A stretch of 63,987 bases of DNA, filler included, from Barthelona sp. PAP020 (GCA_040182905.1; 12 parts of 12 records of this genome joined end to end with filler, not necessarily neighbours in it); one strand, 5' to 3'. Shown: positions 18,288 through 29,677, counted from the first letter of the whole stretch. Notes: generated by a model not told the origin, from the letters alone. Numbers and translations are program-made.

Positions 18288-21200
18288 ATGTCTGTTGAAT
18301 CAAGTAGTGAAATAGGAGAATTAATACGAGGTTTATTTGCTCCAAATATTGATGAAAATAGTGGAGGTGAAATTGCAAATGTGATTTCTCATAATTTGTA
18401 TGACTGTAAATACTTGCCAAATGGTAAACAATTAGTTGTTAGTAGTTATCAAACTGTTCATGTTATTGATGTAGCAACTGGAATCTTGAATCGTACATTG
18501 AAAGAGCATACAAACCATGTTTATGAAATTGCCATTTCACCAAATGGGCAGAAGATGGCAACATGTTCTGGTGATAAGTCTATCATTGTATACAGCCTTC
18601 CAGATTTCTCCATCTTGTGTAGATTGAATGGTGGAACTACTATTTATGGAATTTGCTTTTCTTCTTGTTCAAATTATGTATATTATGGTGATCACAATGG
18701 AAATCTTACGAAAAGCAACACAAATAATGGGAGAATTGTCTTGGAAAAGAGAATTCAGAATGATTGGATTGGGAGAGTGAAACTATCAACGGATAGTAAA
18801 TATCTTTCGGTTGGAGGTAATGATGGTATTGCCAAGTTGGTTGACCCAGATGATTTGTCTGTTGTTCGTACATTCAGTCAAGGTGGGTTTGTTAGAGCTA
18901 TTGATTTCCACCCAACTGAAAGAATGATTGCTGTTGGTGACACATCGAACAAAGTCAAACTCTGGAACATAGACGACGGATCACTCATTCATACATTTGA
19001 TATGGGTGGTCAAGTATGGTGTCTTCATTTCTTATCACCCTATATCCTGCTTATTATGTCTGGTGATGGCTATATTACCTCATTTGATGTTGAAGCCCAT
19101 CAGCAAATTCAAAAGGTGCATTGTGGTTGTGACTCTTCCCAGTTTTCCTTTGCTATATCCCCTGATATGACACAAATAGCGTGTGGAAGATGTTCAAATA
19201 ACACAATAAAATTATTCAACATCATTCCTGACATCTCAAATCTCGTTGATGTACTTAAATCTCACAAATCAGATCTATTTGAGCTCTCACGTCCTCATGG
19301 TAATGTTTTATCATATTTACTCACGAATTATCAATTTAAACACACTGATACTATCATTGTTGAGCTTTTGTCATCAGGAATTTGTCTTTTAGCAGAAGAA
19401 GCCAATGAATTTATGCAAATTGACATGGATATTGTTTTAAACAATGCAGCTAATGGTGGAAATATGCTCGAAGTTATCTCATCTAAACCTTCACTCCAAT
19501 TTTTCCTTGAATACAATGAATTGCATCCTCAAGAAGCAGATGAAATTGCTCGCAATCATTTAAACTTGCTTTTAGATGATCAAGAACCGAAAAACCTGCT
19601 AATTTTAACAAAAATGTTCCCTGTCTATGCCAAATCCCTCTTTGATACACAAGAAGGAGAAACATTTGTCAATAAACTTGTTGATTATTCAAAAAATGCT
19701 CAAAATGTTGTTTCATCTGTGATTTCTACCTCCAACCAGCAAGAGGCTTGTGGCATTATTCTATTGTTATTAAAACGTGGACTTTGGATTTGTTATGATG
19801 AGTATGTTTTGATAAAAGACATTTTGGATGATGAAATATGTGATATGAACGTCAAAAATGGTGGAAATTTGAAGTTTCCTCACTTTCATTTGGTTTTTAC
19901 ACTTGACGGATTTTGTTTTTCAAATTTGATGAAATTGACACCAAATAAACACTCTGAAGAACTCAGCAACTTGTTTGATTTCATGGTTGAACACAAAAAT
20001 CTATTGTCTCAAACTGAAATGTCAGAACTATGCGACTTTTTAGAAGCCTATCCGACTTTCACTGGGCTTTTGTTTGAAAAAATTGTTCCACACTTGTCTG
20101 AAATATCCCGATTAATCTTCCTTGAACTTTTGCCTAAATGTGTGATTTTTAAATATGCTGCAATCGTTAAACCGTTTTCTCAAAAGATTGAAATGATTTG
20201 TGATTTGAATGAAGAAATTAAACTGCAAAAAATCATCAATAAAAGCCTCTCAACGCAACTTGAACGAGTCACGTCCGTTGTTGCTTCCCTCGTTCAAAGC
20301 CAATCAAAAAACGTGAACACTCAAAGTCTGCAAATCGATGAGCCAAACCAACAACCATTCCAAAACAACATTGTTGAAGAGCTTAAAACCCAACTTAAGG
20401 CTACCCTATCCTGGGCTGATCAATTGATCGAAATAACTATCGAAGAATCAGTTGAACCTTTAAAGAGTCTCACCTTAGCTCAACTGAGCCATATGTCTGC
20501 TAAGGCCATTAACTCACACAAAAGGCTCTTTGAATTAGATTCTGGCACTCTTCTTGATCCTTCAATCAATAATGAAATTTTGGAGGTGACCCAAGAAATT
20601 GAACAGAATATTGAGCTTGTTCGTAGAATATTCATTCCCCGAATAAATCATGTTCTTGAGCTGAATCCTCTCAAAAGTGTTGGGTTACCTGATAATTTTA
20701 TTGCTTTGAAGAAGGGAATTCACACATACATCAATTTGAGCCTTGAACAGTCACCCATTGCTCAATTGTACAGACAGGAAATTGATGCACTAGAAGAAAC
20801 AATTCTGTCTAAAGTTGAGTCATACTACGACAGCTATATGATGCTTTATTCCAAAAATACGTATCCATACACTCATGTTGTTGAAGAATTGAAGGAGGCC
20901 TTGTTCAAAATTAATGATTTTTATGAAGCAATAGTTGAGGCACAAAGACTCCAACCACTCATTCAGGAGCAACAACAAAATATGATGAATGCATACAATG
21001 AATTTCAAAGAGCAACAAATGTCAGCAAGAAGAAAAGCAGGAACAAAAAACTATCAAACGCGTATTTAAATGCACAAGAACAACTTGAAAACATGTATGA
21101 GCAGGTTGTGGCTCTGAAAGGTACGATTCCAGATCATCTGTGTCAAGCACTGATGAATTGCATTCAAGACCCGGAACTGATTGCTGATGTGTGCAAAAGA

Positions 21201-22042
21201 ATAAATATGGCTGAGATTCCATCCAGTTTGATTGAAGTAATATCTTCAGATTTGTATTATCCTGATGTTATTTCAAAGTTACAACAGCAAGAAAGCATTT
21301 TTTGTCTCAAAAAGTCTGTAAATGACAGATTCATCAAATTTTACAATCTTCCATTTTTAGGTGATGAGGAGATGGAAGAGGATGAGAATGAGGATGATAT
21401 TGAAGAAAATGAATTCAATGAGATGCAAATCAAGGCCATTCGTCGAGAACTGAGGGTTTTGACAAAGAATAGGTCTCCCAATATCGTCACTCTAAACCGC
21501 ATTGTCTTTGTTGTTGATGAAGATTCAGATATCGTGGCACTCGCTCTTGAGCTTGAGAAGGCTCCCATGGATCTTGAGCAGTATCTTAACAAGTACAATC
21601 CTGATAGAGCTACACTACTTTGGATATTTGAACAAGTGTGTGATGGTCTTCATCAACTGCACGATCGTGACATTGTTTGGAGAGATGCAAAGCCACAGAA
21701 CATTTTGGTGTGGGTTGACGATGAGGACAAGGTGTCACGAGTGGCTCTCTGTGACTTTGCAACAGCATATCAAACTGAAGGCACGATGTCCAGTGGTACT
21801 ATGATTCAGGGTACGGCTCTTTACATGGATCCAACCTCATTAGTACGCAGAAATGTTGACTTTTCAATGGATATTTTCGCTTTGGGTAAATTACTGATTC
21901 GTATGTTTTATCCAAATCTTTTGGAAGAAAGCGTTATCACCATACAAAACTACTTCGAAAATGCAGGTGATAAAACTGATGAACTCTACGAAATCATTCT
22001 TCAATGTATCACTCAGAACATCAAACAACGTGTGAGTTTGAG
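18288..22042 (+). CDS. WD40 (family A) - 2x NGGN domain - coiled coil - atypical protein kinase, 3'-truncated
   Basis: N-terminal 7-bladed WD40 and long helical middle. C-terminal kinase has RFIK, RRELRVL, WRDAKPQN, DFA, GTALYMDP and DIFALG. Frame open to the linker. Confidence 0.88.
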
Positions 22043-22259
22043 NNNNNNNNNNNNNNNNNNNNNNNNNNNNNNNNNNNNNNNNNNNNTTAATTAATTAANN
22101 NNNNNNNNNNNNNNNNNNNNNNNNNNNNNNNNNNNNNNNNNNTTATTGAAGTCATTTCAAACAGCCAGGATTCAAATTCAAGGCTTTCCCAACTACTCAT
22201 TTCAATAACACACCGTATATAAAAGCTTTCGTATACCTTTTCTTGTACCTAACGTGAAA

Positions 22260-22308
22260 TCGTTTCGTTGTTCACTGAACAACTCATACCTCATAAATAT
22301 CTAATAAA
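22260..22308. repeat. Dispersed repeat A, partial copy 2
   Basis: Identical to about 48-96; bracketed by an 11-bp direct repeat CTAACGTGAAA (22249-59, 22331-41). Confidence 0.85.
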
Positions 22309-22411
22309 GCCTTTAATTTTGCCCTTTCGTCTAACGTGAAAATGTTTATTATTTTGTCGAGTGAAAATCTTGGAGACTCGATCCTGTTTCCTTATTTTTA
22401 CAGAAGAAAAA

Positions 22412-22484
22412 TGGACTATCAGGGCGTCGATCCCCGTGCCTCCCGCATGCTAAGCGGGTGCTCTACCAGGTGAGCTAATAGCCC
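22412..22484 (-). tRNA. tRNA-Ala (AGC)
   Basis: GGGCTATTAGCTCACCTGGTAGAGCACCCGCTTAGCATGCGGGAGGCACGGGGATCGACGCCCTGATAGTCCA folds as a cloverleaf with the G3:U70 Ala determinant and anticodon AGC. No encoded CCA; followed by a T-run (Pol III terminator). Confidence 0.96.
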
Positions 22485-22576
22485 GGCAAAAGTTTTTAAA
22501 AAATAATGAAAAAAAAATATTTTGCTTCAAATCTCACTCAAAATTCTAGAATGAAGAAAAACATTCATAAAGTATT

Positions 22577-23653
22577 CTAAACAATTAAATTCTCTTGAAA
22601 ATTATCAACAACATTTTTAATACCTTCTATCAATGAATCTGTAAAATCAATGCAATTTTGATTCAAAATTTTGCACCAAATACTGTCAAAACCATTGATT
22701 TTTGGAAAATCACTTAGGTCAACAATTGAATTAGTTGATTTTTGATGAACATACCAAACACTTTTAAAAGAAAACTTCTCATCTTCAAAGAAAAGTTTTG
22801 AAGGAGCAAAACAATCACTAAGAATATTATCACCGAAATAATAAAAATTAAGAGAAGATTCAAGGTCAAAGATAGATTCTTTTGACCAAAAATATGGTTT
22901 TGAAGCTCTGAAAATAACCTTGGTGAAAAGACTCTCCCAATCATCAAAAGCGGCGTCCAAATTTGACCTTGCAAATTTTTCTGGGGAATTTGTTATTAAA
23001 ATCAAATCACATTGATCTTTGATAGAGTTAAGATATTTTTCCAATTCTGCTTCTTTGTGAACAAATTCTAAAGGAGATTTCATGAATCTTTCAACGAATC
23101 TAGGTGTTTCAGACATAAATAAATCATCAATGATTTCATTTAAATCGCTTTCAAATGATTTGATGAAAATTTTCAAATTCCCAATATCATCAAACCGGTT
23201 TGAATTATCTTGATCAATAATATTCATAAAAGTAGAAAATGCACAAAAATATGAACATTCAAAAATGGTAGTACAGAAAAACCATCGACAATTGCCCTTA
23301 GACTTAAATGTTTGCAAATCTTCTTGAATTGAATTGATAAATTTTTCTTTATTATTGTTTAATTGATATAAATTATGCACATATTCCAAATCTAATTGTC
23401 TAAATCCTCTAAAACATGCAATAATATCAAAATTTTCAGAAAAAATAAAAGAATTTCCCAATTCTTTATCTAATGCCCAACTACAAAAATTGAAATTTTT
23501 AGGAAAATCATATAATCCCAATTTTTGATCATAACCTCGTTTTATCAGTTCTTCAATCATCAATTCATATAAATATTGTGAAGTTTTGTCATATCTGTAT
23601 CGAACAAGGGTATTATCCAAATCAAAACCTAAAGTTAAACAATTTGATGGCAT
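22577..23653 (-). CDS. HAD-family 5'-nucleotidase (NT5DC/cN-II-like)
   Basis: Motif I GFDLDNTLVRY, motif II LITNS, KPYFW, motif IV YFGDNILSD. Confidence 0.85.
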   Translation of the reverse strand: MPSNCLTLGFDLDNTLVRYRYDKTSQYLYELMIEELIKRGYDQKLGLYDFPKNFNFCSWALDKELGNSFIFSENFDIIACFRGFRQLDLEYVHNLYQLNNNKEKFINSIQEDLQTFKSKGNCRWFFCTTIFECSYFCAFSTFMNIIDQDNSNRFDDIGNLKIFIKSFESDLNEIIDDLFMSETPRFVERFMKSPLEFVHKEAELEKYLNSIKDQCDLILITNSPEKFARSNLDAAFDDWESLFTKVIFRASKPYFWSKESIFDLESSLNFYYFGDNILSDCFAPSKLFFEDEKFSFKSVWYVHQKSTNSIVDLSDFPKINGFDSIWCKILNQNCIDFTDSLIEGIKNVVDNFQENLIV

Positions 23654-23698
23654 TGAAAAAAAAAATTTGAGATAGATTCAATAATTTTTTTTTTATCA

Positions 23699-23915
23699 AT
23701 GAGTGATACCAATCCTAAGATTCTTTATGAAGATGATGAATTTGAAGAATTTAACATCAGTATTTGGTATATTTTTGTCTTTGCTAATTTTTATAGAAAC
23801 AAACATAGTTGATACTTCAGAAAAACAAAATATTGATGAGTGGACAAACACTTGGGCTGACGATGACTTAGTTTCTGGGTTAGAGAATCAAATTCGTGCT
23901 GAATTTCAAAAGTGA
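23699..23915 (+). CDS. SEM1: Sem1/DSS1 proteasome-lid subunit (59 aa, one intron)
   Basis: Spliced product MSDTNPKILYEDDEFEEFNIK..DEWTNTWADDD..IRAEFQK has the EDDEFEEF and WxxxWxDD motifs. A 37-nt intron at 23760-23796 (GTATTT..GCTAATTTTTATAG) restores the frame. Confidence 0.88.
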
Positions 23916-23941
23916 AATCAAAAAGAACTAGTTATTTATTT

Positions 23942-24430
23942 TCATATTGTCTCTTGTGTGAATCTTTTGTTGCAATGAGTACAAGTATATGTATATTCTA
24001 CTTTATCATCAGATATAAAATTTTGTTCATAAACACATTCTCTATTTGTTCCACAATTTTTACAATAAACAAAACCTCTTGGTAAGGTAGCGTCTGTTGC
24101 CAGATGTTTGACCTCTTCTTTGTGAGCATCTGAATGTGTGCCTGTGTTTTTGGAATAGATGACAAAATTGGGAGCGTCTTGACTGTTTCCACAAGTTCCA
24201 CATTTGAACAAAAATTTCTGATTTTCAAAATAAGGTTGTAACAAGGAAGAACAATCATTACAAAACAAAGCAGGAATAAATTGAACATCTTCTTTTATTT
24301 GAGTATCTTCATCCATGGTTTGGAAATCGAAATCCTCGAAATCTTCAAAATTTTGATCTTTTGGCAAAGAATCAAATTGTAAAGTATCATCTAATTCTGC
24401 CTCAAAACCTTGATCGAATGTTGAATTCAT
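23942..24430 (-). CDS. RPB9: RNA polymerase II subunit Rpb9 with acidic N-terminal extension
   Basis: Two zinc ribbons (FCNDC..CGTC; CKNC..CTHC) and DATLPR (= DPTLPR). Confidence 0.85.
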   Translation of the reverse strand: MNSTFDQGFEAELDDTLQFDSLPKDQNFEDFEDFDFQTMDEDTQIKEDVQFIPALFCNDCSSLLQPYFENQKFLFKCGTCGNSQDAPNFVIYSKNTGTHSDAHKEEVKHLATDATLPRGFVYCKNCGTNRECVYEQNFISDDKVEYTYTCTHCNKRFTQETI

Positions 24431-24594
24431 TGTTTGAAAAAAAAAAAAAAATTGAAAGAAATTTTCTTTTCTTCGAATCAAATTGGGGCTGATCAATATT
24501 TCTTATTGATTTTGTTTTTTCTTTTTATCCTGTTTTCTTTTTTTTTTGGTGAGTTTTGAGAAAAAGAAAACTTCTTTTTTATTTGATATATTAA

Positions 24595-25626
24595 ATGTTG
24601 AAAGAGAAATCACTGGAGGATTCGAATGAACGTTTAATTCAATCATGGAAAAAATTCAATCCGCAACCAGTTTTCAAAAAAGAATTACCAGATTCTGTTT
24701 TTTTTGCTGTAGATTACAGTCTGAATGGGAAGTATTTTGCAATTGCTGGATATGATTGTGATAAAACAAAAAATTCAGCTTTACAAGTCTGCAATGCATT
24801 GACTCATGAGTTGCTTTTTGAAGAAGAATTTTCAAATGTTCATGAATTGGCATTTAGTCCTGATTGTAGTTTATTGGCAGTGTGTTGTGATTTGGAGGAT
24901 TATGAGTTCTCTGTCATACATATTTTTGAAGTAGAATTTTGGCAGAGAATTAGAACTTTAGATAATCTTTCTGGAGTTGCTTATAGTATAAAATTTTCAT
25001 TTGATGGAAGTTTGTTAGCTTTGGGAATGAGTGATGGTTATATCAGCATTTTTACAATTGATGGTCAAAAGTTACGTGAATTTAGGCCACATAAGGATTG
25101 TGTTAGATGTGTATGTATTAGTTCTGACATGAAACATATTGGCTCTGTGAGTTGGGATGGATATTCTAAATTGTTTTCATTAGAAACCAATGAAGAACTT
25201 TGCACATGGGATCATAATGCAAAACAAGTTGAAGTGGGGAATTTTTCAAGCGATGGTACTTATTGGGTTACTGGAGTGGGTGATGATATGGAATTAGTTG
25301 CAAGTGGAAGTATTGGTGTGATTCGAGTTTTTGATGTTATGAGTGGAAATTTACTTTGTGAATATGAAGTTGATGGATTTGTTTGTTCAGTTATTTTTTC
25401 CAAAGATTCTTCTTTCATATATTTTTGTGTTTCCACAGGTTATTTTGGTGTTTTATTTTGGAAAACTGGTCAAATGCTTCAAAAAATATCCACCCCTTCT
25501 ATTCTTCATAAACTTTTTGTGTGTAGTGATGAAACTCGAGTTATATGCGCAGGAGAACAACCGCATATGGTATTTGAGTATGTTAAGGAAAGAAGTGATC
25601 CAAATACGGGTTGTATAATTTTGTAA
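24595..25626 (+). CDS. Stand-alone WD40 protein (family B) with C-terminal CaaX (CIIL)
   Basis: Clear paralogue of the 6903-9008 WD40 domain (EFRPHKDCVRCV..SVSWDGYSKLFSLET..GNFSSDGTYWVTG). Ends TGCIIL*. Confidence 0.85.
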   Translation: MLKEKSLEDSNERLIQSWKKFNPQPVFKKELPDSVFFAVDYSLNGKYFAIAGYDCDKTKNSALQVCNALTHELLFEEEFSNVHELAFSPDCSLLAVCCDLEDYEFSVIHIFEVEFWQRIRTLDNLSGVAYSIKFSFDGSLLALGMSDGYISIFTIDGQKLREFRPHKDCVRCVCISSDMKHIGSVSWDGYSKLFSLETNEELCTWDHNAKQVEVGNFSSDGTYWVTGVGDDMELVASGSIGVIRVFDVMSGNLLCEYEVDGFVCSVIFSKDSSFIYFCVSTGYFGVLFWKTGQMLQKISTPSILHKLFVCSDETRVICAGEQPHMVFEYVKERSDPNTGCIIL

Positions 25627-25762
25627 ATAATAAAGTGATTTTTTTAATTTGTTTTTGTTTGGTTTAAAAAAGATAGGTCAAAGAGAAACTATTTACAAAA
25701 CATTTACAAAAGTAAAGAAGAAAATTCAGAAAAAAAAAAAACGCTAGGTTTACAGGTAAAGA

Positions 25763-27271
25763 CTAAAAAAACAAAGAACTTTCGACAACATCTTCTTCTT
25801 CTTCATCATTTGAAAATCCCTCATTGGCTGATGAAACTTCATCAAATTCATTTTCATTTATATTTAAATTAGACAATCCCAGAAACTCCAAAAATGCTTT
25901 ACATTTTTCATAAAGAATATTTAAAGGATTTCCTGCAATTTCAGCAAAATGATAAAACAAGGAACACTCAATGTTATCGATAAAATTCGGATTCAACTCA
26001 ACAAGAATTTTAAATGCGTTTAAAATGTATTCTTCAGTTTGTTTGGAAAAATCAAAGGGACTTTGCAACATACAAAGCTCATTAAAAATTTCTTCATTCA
26101 AATCTGGATATTTACACAATATGACAATACATAAGGCACATTGTTTACTAACTTCATTATTACAAGTAACAATTCCATTAAAAAGTTCTTTTATGAGTTC
26201 AATCTTTTCTAAAATCAAAATCAAAGATACCTTTTCTTGAATAAGGTTTGATATGACCCACACAGAATCTCTTTGATTGATGGGATTTATTGAATTTAAA
26301 TTTTGAATGATTAAATCAATAAAAATTGAACTATTTGAAACACAATTTGCAATTGTTGACCAATTTAAACAACACAAATTTCCTAATAGACGTAAAGCGT
26401 AACTATTAATTTCTTCCAAGTCAGGACTATCATAATCAAAACTTTGAAGAAAATTTTCCAAAAGACTAATGATCTCATGGTCAATCAGTTTCTTCAAGCA
26501 TTTTTCACTGCATCTAGTGGATAAAATTTCCAACAATTTCCACAATAGAATGACTAATTTTGGGTTTTCAAACAAATTAAAATATCTTTCAACCAAAGAA
26601 TCAGTTAAAAACATATCCAATGATGGCAAATACTTAGAAAAATGAATGATTAACAATAAGCAATGAATTATGATATCAACATTGTCAGAATAAATGTATT
26701 TTGTTGGTAACAAAAGAACTTCGTCTTCTTTTACCAATAGTAAACTAAAATCAAAAGATTTGACCGATATTTGATAATAGAATTTCAATACATTGATTAC
26801 ATACCTCGTTTCATCCAATTTTTTTTCAAAAAAATCAGTTATTACTGCTCTATAATTAAACAGTTCTTCCAATTGTTCAATATTTTCATTATTTTCAATC
26901 AAAATTATAAAAAACTCCAAAATTAAATTAATGTCAAAATTATCAATATTTTCCATTATTTCTTCCAAAATTGAACTGTCAAATATGCGATTTAATGTTG
27001 TTAAGCTGAAATAATCATTTGATTCAATTATTCTCACAAATTCTTTAATCACTTCTTCATCTTTGCTTTGATAAAATTGTTGAATTAATTCTTCTAAATG
27101 TTCAATCATTAAATTAATACTAATATCATTACCTTTAGACTGAATATTTGTCCTTAATCCGGTTCTTTTTTTGCGTAAGTTTTCTTTTTGTGATTCCACA
27201 TCTTTATCTGCTTCTTTTCGTATCCAATTTAATTTTTCATATCGTTTTTTAACATTTCTTCGAGTATTCAT
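25763..27271 (-). CDS. Divergent importin-alpha-like ARM-repeat protein
   Basis: Basic IBB-like N-terminus (RRNVKKRY..LRKKR), ARM motifs ALRLLGNL and DSVWVISNL, acidic tail. Confidence 0.6.
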   Translation of the reverse strand: MNTRRNVKKRYEKLNWIRKEADKDVESQKENLRKKRTGLRTNIQSKGNDISINLMIEHLEELIQQFYQSKDEEVIKEFVRIIESNDYFSLTTLNRIFDSSILEEIMENIDNFDINLILEFFIILIENNENIEQLEELFNYRAVITDFFEKKLDETRYVINVLKFYYQISVKSFDFSLLLVKEDEVLLLPTKYIYSDNVDIIIHCLLLIIHFSKYLPSLDMFLTDSLVERYFNLFENPKLVILLWKLLEILSTRCSEKCLKKLIDHEIISLLENFLQSFDYDSPDLEEINSYALRLLGNLCCLNWSTIANCVSNSSIFIDLIIQNLNSINPINQRDSVWVISNLIQEKVSLILILEKIELIKELFNGIVTCNNEVSKQCALCIVILCKYPDLNEEIFNELCMLQSPFDFSKQTEEYILNAFKILVELNPNFIDNIECSLFYHFAEIAGNPLNILYEKCKAFLEFLGLSNLNINENEFDEVSSANEGFSNDEEEEDVVESSLFF

Positions 27272-27354
27272 GTTTATTATTCATAAAATTTGAAACAAAA
27301 AAAAATTTGCTTTTTCTTTTTATAACATTTATATTTATATCAATAGTTAAAAAA

Positions 27355-27527
27355 CTACTCTTCAAATTCAAAAGACTCAACAACTGTTTGTTTGACAATT
27401 GAATGAACAAATTCAGTTTCATCTTCCTTTAAAACTTTCAAAACATTCAAATTTGTTGATATTTCACTTGAAACAAACTTGATCTCGATAGGATAGAAGC
27501 TCAACTGATTATTAGCCACATTGATAC
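27355..27527 (-). CDS. Coatomer delta subunit (mu-homology domain), C-terminal fragment
   Basis: Not in the ORF track. SFYPIEIKFVSSEISTNLNVLKV..VVESFEFEE* resembles the delta-COP C-terminus (FFPVxVSF..IxVxKV). Confidence 0.55.
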
Positions 27528-27963
27528 NNNNNNNNNNNNNNNNNNNNNNNNNNNNNNNNNNNNNNNNNNNNTTAATTAATTAANNNNNNNNNNNNNNNNN
27601 NNNNNNNNNNNNNNNNNNNNNNNNNNNAGAGAAAGAGAAAAAAAAAAAAAAGAAAAAAAATTTGCCTGCTTAAGTACAATTTGAGATAAAAACATTATAT
27701 TCATTTAAATAGTTGCCTTTTAATACACATAAATAGTAGAATTTTAAGTGAAAACTGTCAAGTTTATAATATTTTTTTTGGACATTTTTGTTCTTAACTC
27801 TTTTTTTGCTGCTCATTCTTTTCCGTTTTTTTCGGTAGATTGATGTAAATCTTAAAAATAGTTAAACTGTTTCAAAAAAAAAAAGAAAATGAAGAATCAA
27901 TCGACAAAAAGAAAAACAGTAAAAAAAATCAAAAGTTTTTTTTATAAAAACAAGAACACGAAT

Positions 27964-28710
27964 TTAAAATTTGATCTCAAATAAATCTTTCTCAATATGA
28001 TCCAATAAAGTAGTCTCTATTTCACTTAATCTACTCTTGCAAGAAACATCTTTTACTTTTTTTTGAAGATCTAAATATTTTTGTCCTGGGTTTAAAGCAG
28101 CTAAAGGATTATTAGCCATCATAGTCATTTGTTGAGCATCAATTTCACTGGTGTTACTTTTAACAAGATATTTCAACAGAATGTTAGCAGAAAATGAACA
28201 TAAAAAGTACCAAGCAGTTGCACTCAGATAATTCAAAGGTAAAGTTGTCAATTTTAATCCTTCATGAATCAAATGTTTGCTACCAGAGGGAAAATTGAAA
28301 GGTAAAACAACAGATATTTGATTTGGAAATACCTTATTGATAAATATTATCACACCTATCATCAATCCTTGGGAAAAAAACATGAAAAGTCCTTGAGGTC
28401 CAGGAGTATTTTGAAGTGGAACTTCATTTTCTTTAATTTCTTCGCTCATCCTTTTTAAAGGTCCTTCATCATTTGATATCCAATTTATAAGATTTCTAAT
28501 TTGTGTATCAGGTAAATACTGTGAATTCTTCAAAAATTTAGAAACAAAATTTAATAATGATTGGCTTTTTGTCTCAATAACAGATTGCTTTTTAGTTTTT
28601 CTGTTTGTTATCATTCTTTGAAAAAAAGATAAACTAAATGCCAATAAAAGTATTGGTAAAAATACATATATTCCAACAGAATTATCTAATATTTGATTTG
28701 TATCATTCAT
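27964..28710 (-). CDS. EMC3: ER membrane complex subunit 3
   Basis: YVFLPI, INKVF..LPF..GL and LSATAWYFL match EMC3 motifs (WVxLPI, WINxxF..VPF, VSSxSWYFL). Confidence 0.8.
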   Translation of the reverse strand: MNDTNQILDNSVGIYVFLPILLLAFSLSFFQRMITNRKTKKQSVIETKSQSLLNFVSKFLKNSQYLPDTQIRNLINWISNDEGPLKRMSEEIKENEVPLQNTPGPQGLFMFFSQGLMIGVIIFINKVFPNQISVVLPFNFPSGSKHLIHEGLKLTTLPLNYLSATAWYFLCSFSANILLKYLVKSNTSEIDAQQMTMMANNPLAALNPGQKYLDLQKKVKDVSCKSRLSEIETTLLDHIEKDLFEIKF

Positions 28711-28918
28711 ATCTATATTTTAATCAAAAAAAAAAAAAACTTCGTTTCCCTCATTTCATTATGACCTTTTTATTCATTTTTTTCAAAAAATTGCAATTAA
28801 ATAATAAATAAATACCTTAAATTAAAACAGTATTGGTTTAAAACAATAAAAAAAATATTCAAAAGGAATTTACTCATGATTTTGACTTTTTATGTATAAA
28901 AAGTAGTTTTAATAACGC

Positions 28919-29677
28919 TCAAACACCAGATTGCATGGACATTACAAAAGCAAATGTCAAAAATATTGGATAAACATACATAATTTTTCTACCTTTTCTA
29001 TAATTACCAGAAGCATCTAATAAAGCTTGTTCTGAGACCAAACAAGACGCAATTGTGTAAGAAGACCATAAAACACCAAGAGTTTGAATGATGATTTTGA
29101 AGCCACTTTGAACGTTGGATAAGGGAATCATAATCAATGCAACAATTTCTAAAGGCAAGAATCCATAGCCTACAATACCCAAAACTTGACCAAAAAACAC
29201 TTCATGTCCCAGAACACGACCAAAGAAAAAGACCATTACACTACCAAATATCCAAATTAATGAGACCCAAGAAAGCACTTTCAATTGGCCCCAAACGATA
29301 GTTAAACTATACAAGATAACGATAAATAAGGGACCCCAAAAATCTGGTTTGTGAAGGTCACTATCGGTTGTATCTAGATTGAAAGGATTGAAAAAAGCTT
29401 TGATTTTAACCCAAATGCTATGAAATTGAATATCTAAAGCTTCAATTAAAGGAACATTTAACATTTCATCATTATCCGAATCTTGTGTAGCATCCATTAC
29501 AAAACCCACACCACCTTTATTTAAAACATCTCTTGCTTTTGATACGAATTCATTTTGTTCGATTTGTTCAGTGTTGAAATTATCTGTTTGTTTTCCATTC
29601 ATTGGAATTTCATAATCATCTTCCATTACAAAATCCATATCATCTTGTAGTAATTCATTTGTATCGCTATTGGGCAT
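28919..29677 (-). CDS. YIPF4: Yip1-domain protein (YIPF4-like)
   Basis: PDFWGPLFIV..GQLKVLSW..IWIFGS..GQVLGIVGY..YPIF; first ATG at 29677. Confidence 0.85.
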   Translation of the reverse strand: MPNSDTNELLQDDMDFVMEDDYEIPMNGKQTDNFNTEQIEQNEFVSKARDVLNKGGVGFVMDATQDSDNDEMLNVPLIEALDIQFHSIWVKIKAFFNPFNLDTTDSDLHKPDFWGPLFIVILYSLTIVWGQLKVLSWVSLIWIFGSVMVFFFGRVLGHEVFFGQVLGIVGYGFLPLEIVALIMIPLSNVQSGFKIIIQTLGVLWSSYTIASCLVSEQALLDASGNYRKGRKIMYVYPIFLTFAFVMSMQSGV

